The notes beneath the pieces are model-generated. The model was not told the DNA's origin. It saw nothing but the letters and a program-made list of their open reading frames with translations, and searched no databases. DNA of 64,000 bases from an uncultured Candidatus Saccharimonas sp. (lineage in GTDB: Bacteria > Patescibacteriota > Saccharimonadia > Saccharimonadales > AWTP1-31), in NCBI GenBank assembly GCA_943354005.1, contig CALRBE010000002.1:25810-89809 (forward strand). The letters are read 5' to 3'. This document shows positions 27,270 through 33,353 of the stretch, piece after piece. The translations under genes were made by a program, and so were the position numbers. Numbering within the stretch: position 1 is the stretch's first letter; each line of letters opens with the position of its first letter.

Positions 27270-28823
27270 ATGGAAGATAACCCACCAACCCCAGTAATAC
27301 CTCCGGCTGAAAGCACTGGAATGCTGGACCGTGCAAAAGACTTTGCAAATAAGCTAAAACCTGCGGTAGCCATAGCACTTATCGCCTTAGGTGGAGCGGG
27401 ATGCAGTATAGATCGTGATTCGGTAGTTGAGCCACAGACTCAGCACGATGTAGCCGAACAAAGTATTGGAGATATTTCATTTGGAGCAGAAGGCGACGCC
27501 AATGGGATGTTCAATACTCGCGAAGAAGTCGATGTGCCGCACAATCAATACAACAAGGATGGCAGTATTATCGATGATATTGGAGGCTTACCCAGTTTAG
27601 TGGTCGGAATAAAAGACCCTAAGGCAGGTAATGCTCCTAAAAGTGACGGTAATGTATTTGAAGAGTCTACAGAAACTACTCCTGGCGAAACAACGTATGA
27701 AACTGTAGATGGTGGAACTAAGACTGTCATAACACCGGGTACTAAAGAAGTTACTACTGAAACATCAATATCTGGAGAAGATAAAGGCAATACTCAGTAT
27801 GAGCGTGATTTCGAAACGGACATAACAACCTATGACCAGGCACTGACTCCCGCCGAAAAAATCACTCAGGAGACAGTTGGCCTTATTGAGGATGGATACA
27901 CTGTCACTTCTGTTCGTGTCACTGGTAAGGCTAGTGGGGAAGATCATACAGTGAATAGTCCTTCTGCAAATATTGGCGAGCCTTCGCTCAACAATGCACA
28001 ACTTGCTGAACAGAGAGGGCAAAGAGGTGCCGACGCATTACAGACTGAGATGGAAAAGCAAGGCGTTGAGTTATCGGGAGTTCCGATTATGGTCGGGGGA
28101 AATGAAGTAGAGCCGACGATAGAACAAATGGCGCAATTAACTTCAGCCGCCAGTGAGCTTGGTATCAGCGTCAGCGAACTAACGGAACGCTTTAATACGC
28201 ATGTTGGTGGACTTAGTCCCGAGCAGACCCAACTACTAATGGAGACTCTGGTGAATAACCGTGGCGTGGCATTTGAAATTCGTGCATCTAAGACCGAAAA
28301 TGTAGAAGACGGTACTTTTATAACGACTGTAGTAGAACTGCCTCCAGAAGTTCGAGCGACCGTACAGCCTTCTATTGAGAAAAATAGCTGGCTGTTCAGA
28401 ATAGAGATCCCAGGAGAAGTTTTGCTATTACTGGCAGCGGTTGGAATTGGAGCAGGATTAGGTTCTATAAGGGGAGGTATTAGTCCTAGGACACCAGGCC
28501 TAACATCAATTGGACCAAGACCCACTGGGGGATTTGGTCCCAGGCCAATACCTGGCGGCCCAGGAACAATCGAAGTAAAACCAACCCCAATACCTCCGCC
28601 AGAGGAACCCCCTACTTCAACTCCTCGACCAAGACAAAGGTCAAGACAGGAACTTAATAAAGGCCCCGGTAGAGAAGATAGATCGGCGCGAGGAAATCCG
28701 AGAAAGCAACCTAGACCATTTAATATGAGTGGAAAACGCGGCCAAAATAGACCACAAGCTGCTGGCGGCAAAGGTCGTAGGGGTCTTGATAAGGGTGGGA
28801 GCGGAAGAGGAAGAAGAGGTTAA
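27270..28823 (+). CDS. hypothetical lipoprotein-like surface protein with C-terminal TM helix and R/G/P-rich basic tail
   Basis: Start trimmed to MEDNPPTP. Lipobox-like LIALGGAGC, a T/E/G-rich ectodomain, a TM helix (VLLLLAAVGIGAGLG), then a ~115-aa tail rich in RGG/PRP. Confidence 0.55.
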   Translation: MEDNPPTPVIPPAESTGMLDRAKDFANKLKPAVAIALIALGGAGCSIDRDSVVEPQTQHDVAEQSIGDISFGAEGDANGMFNTREEVDVPHNQYNKDGSIIDDIGGLPSLVVGIKDPKAGNAPKSDGNVFEESTETTPGETTYETVDGGTKTVITPGTKEVTTETSISGEDKGNTQYERDFETDITTYDQALTPAEKITQETVGLIEDGYTVTSVRVTGKASGEDHTVNSPSANIGEPSLNNAQLAEQRGQRGADALQTEMEKQGVELSGVPIMVGGNEVEPTIEQMAQLTSAASELGISVSELTERFNTHVGGLSPEQTQLLMETLVNNRGVAFEIRASKTENVEDGTFITTVVELPPEVRATVQPSIEKNSWLFRIEIPGEVLLLLAAVGIGAGLGSIRGGISPRTPGLTSIGPRPTGGFGPRPIPGGPGTIEVKPTPIPPPEEPPTSTPRPRQRSRQELNKGPGREDRSARGNPRKQPRPFNMSGKRGQNRPQAAGGKGRRGLDKGGSGRGRRG

Positions 28824-28826
28824 AAA

Positions 28827-28854
28827 AAGACTAACTTAAAAGTTAGTCTTTTTA
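28827..28854 (+). terminator. rho-independent terminator
   Basis: AAGACTAACT-taaa-AGTTAGTCTT perfect 10-bp stem followed by a T-run. Confidence 0.8.
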
Positions 28855-28866
28855 TAAACGGCTATA

Positions 28867-28959
28867 TGGCGGAGGAGGAGGGATTCGAACCCTCGCTGGA
28901 ACTTGCGCCCCACTAACGATTTAGCAAACCGTCCCCTTAAGCCACTTGGGTACCCCTCC
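28867..28959 (-). tRNA. tRNA-Ser (anticodon GCU), CCA encoded
   Basis: Manual fold: acceptor GGAGGGG/CTCCTCC, anticodon loop TTGCTAA, long variable arm, T-arm GAGGG-TTCGAAT-CCCTC, discriminator G plus CCA. Confidence 0.85.
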
Positions 28960-29091
28960 GCAACTGTACTAGGCTTCTTATGATACCTAACAGAGGCCAA
29001 TTATACCATCAAAGGGCATACGAGTGCCAGTCTTTCTCTTAGTTACTGGTTATGCATAGCATAGTGGGTGATAATTATATACAATAGATAC

Positions 29092-29601
29092 ATGCAGAAC
29101 GAAGATCTAATGGAGAAGCCACTAACTAAAGAGGGTGCTAAAGCCTCTCAAGAACTATCATGGACGGCTTCTGAATTTATTGAACACAAAAAAAATGCCG
29201 GCTGGTATATAATACTTGGCCTCATTAGTGCAGGCCTAGCAGCTATAGCATTTATTTTTGCTGACATTTTTACTACTGTAGTCGTACTATTGTCTGCAGC
29301 CCTTTTTGGATATATAGCTTCAAAGAAACCTCGCGAACTGCCTTATTTAATTAGCAGTGAGGGAGTCAAGGTAGATAAGAAGCTCTATCGTTATAGTAAC
29401 TTTAAGTCTTTTTCTATAATTCAGGAAGAGGGCATACAAAGCGTATGGTTCATGCCAATGCAACGCTTTGCACCAGGCCTTAGTATCTATTTCTCTCCTG
29501 AAGAAGGTCAGAAGATCGTCAATCTACTTGGTACATTCATTCCTTACGAGGAAAGAAAATTAGATCCGATAGACCATCTTATGCACCGCCTAAGATTCTA
29601 G
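29092..29601 (+). CDS. hypothetical two-TM membrane protein
   Basis: ORF trimmed to the first ATG (MQNEDLMEKPL). Two adjacent hydrophobic helices. Confidence 0.45.
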   Translation: MQNEDLMEKPLTKEGAKASQELSWTASEFIEHKKNAGWYIILGLISAGLAAIAFIFADIFTTVVVLLSAALFGYIASKKPRELPYLISSEGVKVDKKLYRYSNFKSFSIIQEEGIQSVWFMPMQRFAPGLSIYFSPEEGQKIVNLLGTFIPYEERKLDPIDHLMHRLRF

Positions 29602-29656
29602 TAGCAGTTCAACTGGAACAAATATCTATATCATGGTATTATAACCCCTGTTGTTT

Positions 29657-29733
29657 GTACCCGTAGCTCAGCTGGATAGAGCGTCGGCTTGCGGAGCCGA
29701 AGGTCGTAGGTTCGAATCCTGTCGGGTACACCA
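29657..29733 (+). tRNA. tRNA-Arg (anticodon GCG), CCA encoded
   Basis: Manual fold: acceptor GTACCCG/CGGGTAC, D-arm GCTC-AGCTGGATA-GAGC, anticodon stem TCGGC/GCCGA with loop TTGCGGA, T-loop TTCGAAT, then A-CCA. Confidence 0.8.
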
Positions 29734-29741
29734 CTTAAGAT

Positions 29742-29764
29742 CCTAGTTAGACTAGGGTTTTTTT
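29742..29764 (+). terminator. rho-independent terminator after tRNA-Arg
   Basis: CCTAGT-tag-ACTAGG hairpin followed by a T7 run. Confidence 0.6.
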
Positions 29765-29823
29765 AATTTTTAGATAAAAAGGGTAAATAAAAAAAGCTCC
29801 TATGAGCTCTTTTGTTTAACTAC

Positions 29824-29913
29824 TGGCGGAAGGGGTGGGATTCGAACCCACGGTACCGTTGCCGGCACGACGGTTTTCAAGACCGTTTCCTTCGACCACT
29901 CGGACACCCTTCC
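29824..29913 (-). tRNA. tRNA-Ser (anticodon UGA), CCA encoded
   Basis: Manual fold: acceptor GGAAGGG/CCCTTCC, anticodon loop CTTGAAA, long variable arm, T-arm GTGGG-TTCGAAT-CCCAC, G plus CCA. Confidence 0.85.
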
Positions 29914-30127
29914 GCAACAGGGGTGATTATAGCAGGGAATAGATCCTAGAACAAGGCTAGTTCTATTGACCCCACTGGTTAAGACTATTAACTATCGGGG
30001 TGTTGTAGATATTGTGTTGTAAATATACTGTCATTACTTGCGACTCCTATATACCTAACGTATACTTCAGGTAAGACAAAAATGTAGAAATAATAATATA
30101 TCTGATACGTGGAGGGTAATAACTACA

Positions 30128-30598
30128 ATGGCGCGAAGAAACCGCGATGAAGATCTACTAATGGAAGATGAGCTGACCGCAGCCTTTTTAGGTGAAGATG
30201 ATGCTCCATCTGCTTCTGTACCAGTCGAAGAAACAGTAGCAATTGCAGAAGAATGGGATGAAGAAGAAGCAGTTCCAGGACAGCTTGCAGTAGACGTCTA
30301 TGAGACAAAAGAGAAGATTGTCGTTAAGGCAAGAACTGCTGGAGTCAACAAGAGCGAACTCGATGTAAGTATTGCAGACAATACTCTAAGTATTCGTGGA
30401 ACACTTTCTGCGGGTAACGAAGACGACGTAGAGAACTACTTTGTACAAGAATGTTATTGGGGAGAGTTCTCTCGTAGCATCACTCTACCAGTTCCTGTAA
30501 AAGAAGAAGAGATTGAAGCTGTACTTAAAGACGGAGTCCTAACAATTAGTTTTGCTAAACTTAAGCAAGATTCAGTTAAGAAAATCCAAGTCCTTTAG
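30128..30598 (+). CDS. Hsp20/alpha-crystallin family small heat-shock protein
   Basis: 156 aa with an alpha-crystallin domain (LAVDVYETKEKIVVKARTAGV ... GVLTISFAK). Confidence 0.88.
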   Translation: MARRNRDEDLLMEDELTAAFLGEDDAPSASVPVEETVAIAEEWDEEEAVPGQLAVDVYETKEKIVVKARTAGVNKSELDVSIADNTLSIRGTLSAGNEDDVENYFVQECYWGEFSRSITLPVPVKEEEIEAVLKDGVLTISFAKLKQDSVKKIQVL

Positions 30599-30620
30599 GA
30601 TAATTCCAAAATCATATAGA

Positions 30621-30645
30621 AAAGCCCCTATGTAAGGGGCTTTTC
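30621..30645 (+). terminator. rho-independent terminator after hsp20
   Basis: GCCCCT-atgta-AGGGGC stem followed by TTTT. Confidence 0.7.
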
Positions 30646-30684
30646 TAATTCTATATCCCATATCCCAAGAAAGATCATGGTTAT

Positions 30685-30708
30685 AATAAAAGCCCCCCGA
30701 AGGGGGCT
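30685..30708 (-). terminator. rho-independent terminator of the pilin operon
   Basis: Minus strand reads GCCCCC-TTCG-GGGGGC followed by TTTTATTAT, 9 nt after the stop of 30717..31130. Confidence 0.75.
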
Positions 30709-30716
30709 TGGCGACA

Positions 30717-31130
30717 TTAGACTGTGTCGCTACCAATGAATCGATTGAGAACAAATCTTACGATAACCTGCGATAGTGCGACTACAACAAGTCCTACTAA
30801 AGCGTAAAGGATTGTGTTCTTTGCAGATGTTACATTTGCAGATTCACCCTGTGATGTAATATATTTTACACCTCCAAGGATAATCATGACGACAGCAATA
30901 ATACCAACAACTGCAGAGAATATATTTAGGGCAAGTGTAATAGTACTATTAACTTTGGTCTCGGCTTCAGGATTAACACAGTTACCCCCCTCTGTGAGAG
31001 TTAGATTAGTACCGCCACATAGACTCTGATCTATGGTAGCAGCGTATACGCCAGCAGGAACAGCGAGAGGGACGATTAGTGCCGCTGCTGCCATTATACT
31101 TATTAGTGTTGTTTTTATTTTCTTGATCAT
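30717..31130 (-). CDS. T4SS pilin-like protein (VirB2/TrbC topology), paralog 1
   Basis: Signal peptide (..VPAGVYA), a Cys pair (LCGGTNLTLTEGGNC), then the conserved two-TM hairpin NIFSAVVGIIAVVMIILGGVKYITSQGE..AKNTILYALVGLVVVAL. Confidence 0.7.
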   Translation of the reverse strand: MIKKIKTTLISIMAAAALIVPLAVPAGVYAATIDQSLCGGTNLTLTEGGNCVNPEAETKVNSTITLALNIFSAVVGIIAVVMIILGGVKYITSQGESANVTSAKNTILYALVGLVVVALSQVIVRFVLNRFIGSDTV

Positions 31131-31204
31131 TATGAACCTTTCGTTAATCTTACCTATTTTTATACCATAACTATTTTAGTAATTACAAGTGGTTTTACTA
31201 CATA

Positions 31205-31600
31205 TCAAACAAACCTATCTAGAACAAATCTTACAATAACTTGAGCAAGAGCGACAACAACAAGGCCAATGGCAGCATAAAGTATCGTATTTTTAGCAGA
31301 AGCAGTTGCAGTTGCATCACCCTGTGAAGTAATATATTTCAATCCTCCAACCATAATCATTACTACCGCTATTATCCCTATTATGGCGCTAAATAAATTT
31401 AGCCCTTTCTTAATTAAAGAGTCTGGAGTAGGGGATCCAGGCGCTGCAGTACAACCTGAGTCTCCTGAACCTGCGGCTAGTCCGGCGCCGGAGCAGGCTG
31501 CTTCTTTGGGAGTAAGGGCGCCTACTGTTAGTGGAGCAACGATTATTGAACCTAAAATTAAAATCGTTAAAATTCTTAATGTAATAAATATTTGTTTCAT
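31205..31600 (-). CDS. T4SS pilin-like protein, paralog 2
   Basis: Same architecture. Cys pair ACSGAGLAAGSGDSGC; hairpin NLFSAIIGIIAVVMIMVGGLKYITSQGD..AKNTILYAAIGLVVVAL. Confidence 0.7.
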   Translation of the reverse strand: MKQIFITLRILTILILGSIIVAPLTVGALTPKEAACSGAGLAAGSGDSGCTAAPGSPTPDSLIKKGLNLFSAIIGIIAVVMIMVGGLKYITSQGDATATASAKNTILYAAIGLVVVALAQVIVRFVLDRFV

Positions 31601-31995
31601 GATACCAACCTTAATATAAATTCTACTATAACTCTTGCTAAAGCAATCACAACAATACCTACTGCAGCATAAATGATAGTATTCTTAGCATCACTAAGTT
31701 TCTTACTATCTCCAGAAGAGGTTATCATTTTTAGTCCTCCAAGCATAATCATTACTACCGCTATAATTCCACCGACTGCAGCAATTAGGTTAGCTGCTTT
31801 AGTTAATATCCCATTAGGGCCATATATTGGGCTTGGGTCAGAATTGTTTTTACTCTGGCAGACTGCAGAATCTTTAACCTCAGGATCACTACAGGTTGTC
31901 GCATAGGGATCTAACGCTGCACTTGCATAAACTGGAACCACAAATAGGCCCGCCATCAAAAGCAAAGAAAGTAAGAATAATTTTTTATTCTTCAT
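31597..31995 (-). CDS. T4SS pilin-like protein, paralog 3
   Basis: Same architecture. Cys pair TCSDPEVKDSAVC. ATGA stop/start overlap with paralog 2. Confidence 0.7.
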   Translation of the reverse strand: MKNKKLFLLSLLLMAGLFVVPVYASAALDPYATTCSDPEVKDSAVCQSKNNSDPSPIYGPNGILTKAANLIAAVGGIIAVVMIMLGGLKMITSSGDSKKLSDAKNTIIYAAVGIVVIALARVIVEFILRLVS

Positions 31996-32291
31996 AGTCT
32001 TCCTACCACAAAGGTTACTATCGTAAATGCACCCAAGCTGACCGCTAGACCTACTGCAGCATAAATGATAGTATTCTTAGCTTTCGTAAGACTATCAGGG
32101 TTACCCTGTGATGTCATAAACTTAATGCCCGCAATAATGATTATAATGACAGCGATGGCCCCCATAGTTCCAAATACTATCTGCAAGATATTATTAACGT
32201 TATCACTAGTAACATCGTTTACTGGAACATCGATTTCTTCAAGATCTTTTTTTGTTACTATAGCTGCGACTAATAGGAATAAGCTATTCAT
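31992..32291 (-). CDS. T4SS pilin-like protein, paralog 4 (short, no Cys pair)
   Basis: 99 aa. It keeps the hairpin (GAIAVIIIIIAGIKFMTSQGN..AKNTIIYAAVGLAV) but has a shortened N-terminus. ATGA overlap with paralog 3. Confidence 0.65.
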   Translation of the reverse strand: MNSLFLLVAAIVTKKDLEEIDVPVNDVTSDNVNNILQIVFGTMGAIAVIIIIIAGIKFMTSQGNPDSLTKAKNTIIYAAVGLAVSLGAFTIVTFVVGRL

Positions 32292-32737
32292 TACAATGAT
32301 GCTCCTACGAAACTGACTATTGTAACTGCAAGAATTGCAATTACAAGGCCAACCAATGCATTAATAATAGTTTTTTGGGCCATTTTATAAGCTTCAGGCT
32401 CACCTTGACTTGTAAGGTATCTAAAACCTCCATATATAATGAAGGCGACAGCAACCATGCCAGAAATACGCAGTAATATTTCAATTATAGCTAGGCCAAT
32501 TCTTGGGGCAGCCTTTGCGACATCAATACCCTTATCATCTCCAATAGGACCAATAATGGCACAAGGGTCTTCTCCTTTTGCGCCTACGTCAAGATATTTA
32601 TACCAGGTAGGAAATCCGAGAAAAGAAGAGCTTGTATCACATTTAGCATCAACTGCGGCAGAAACCGGCAATGCATAGAAAACACCGCAGAACATAGATA
32701 TAAAAATGCTTATTAAGAATACTCTTGTTAATTTCAT
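32291..32737 (-). CDS. T4SS pilin-like protein, paralog 5
   Basis: Start trimmed to MKLTRVFLIS (ATGA overlap with paralog 6). Cys pair KCDTSS...EDPC; hairpin GMVAVAFIIYGGFRYLTSQGE..AQKTIINALVGLVIAIL. Confidence 0.65.
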   Translation of the reverse strand: MKLTRVFLISIFISMFCGVFYALPVSAAVDAKCDTSSSFLGFPTWYKYLDVGAKGEDPCAIIGPIGDDKGIDVAKAAPRIGLAIIEILLRISGMVAVAFIIYGGFRYLTSQGEPEAYKMAQKTIINALVGLVIAILAVTIVSFVGASL

Positions 32738-33165
32738 AGTACTCCTCCGGGAACAATCCATTGTAGAAAACCAAACATAAAGGCAAAAACAACAAGAGCT
32801 AAAATAGCATTAGATATACGCTTCTTTGAAGCTTCAACAGCCTGAGGATTACCGGCAGAAGCGGAATACTGAATACCAGCGACAATGATAGATATTGTTA
32901 TAACTACACCCAGAATGGCAGATAATACATTAATAAAAATAATTATGTACTTAGTGATGCCACAATCATCTTTGCCTATACCGTTCTTGCAGTTTATGCT
33001 AGATTCATCTCCTGGAAGCGCTACTTTCCCATTGGATGTCTCTACAGGTGTTTCTTTACCTCCCGCGTAGCCTTTTACTGGAAAAAAAGACCAAACAGAA
33101 AGCAACATAAAGACTGTAGATATTAGCGCTAAGGTAATGATGCTTTTTCTTTGTGTAACGATCAT
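32734..33165 (-). CDS. T4SS pilin-like protein, paralog 6 (most divergent)
   Basis: Signal/TM helix, Cys pair NCKNGIGKDDC, hairpin NVLSAILGVVITISIIVAGIQYSASAGN..SKKRISNAILALVVFAF. Confidence 0.6.
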   Translation of the reverse strand: MIVTQRKSIITLALISTVFMLLSVWSFFPVKGYAGGKETPVETSNGKVALPGDESSINCKNGIGKDDCGITKYIIIFINVLSAILGVVITISIIVAGIQYSASAGNPQAVEASKKRISNAILALVVFAFMFGFLQWIVPGGVL

Positions 33166-33286
33166 AGTTTGGATATTTTATTACTTGTTTATTATAGTAG
33201 TTAATTATAGACGGATGAGACATATATGTACAACAAGTTCCATAGTATTAATAGTTATAAAGAGTGTATTATAGTGGTATTAATAG

Positions 33287-33315
33287 TTGTATAGCTGATG
33301 CATTAGCACTATAAT
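33287..33315 (+). promoter_or_regulatory. putative sigma-70 promoter of the T4SS-like structural operon
   Basis: TTGTAT, a 17-nt spacer, then TATAAT. It lies ~40 nt upstream of the ATG at 33354, in the divergent AT-rich intergenic region. Confidence 0.4.
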
Positions 33316-33353
33316 TACTATATAGAATAAGGTTGGGATCCCAAATCATAAAT

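Noticed and set aside
27944-28771. 275-aa minus-strand ORF antisense to the RG-tail protein gene
   Set aside because: The sense strand has a coherent signal, ectodomain, TM helix and tail architecture followed by a strong terminator. The antisense translation is P/S/G/C-rich noise kept open by the locally G+C-rich repetitive codons.
29914-30127. Long (~210 bp) region upstream of hsp20 as an RNA thermometer or CIRCE/HAIR-regulated promoter
   Set aside because: It has no CIRCE-like inverted repeat and no ROSE-type U(U/C)GCU pairing to the GGAGG ribosome-binding site that I could fold convincingly. There is only a weak TTGACC-17nt-TAACTA promoter-like match.
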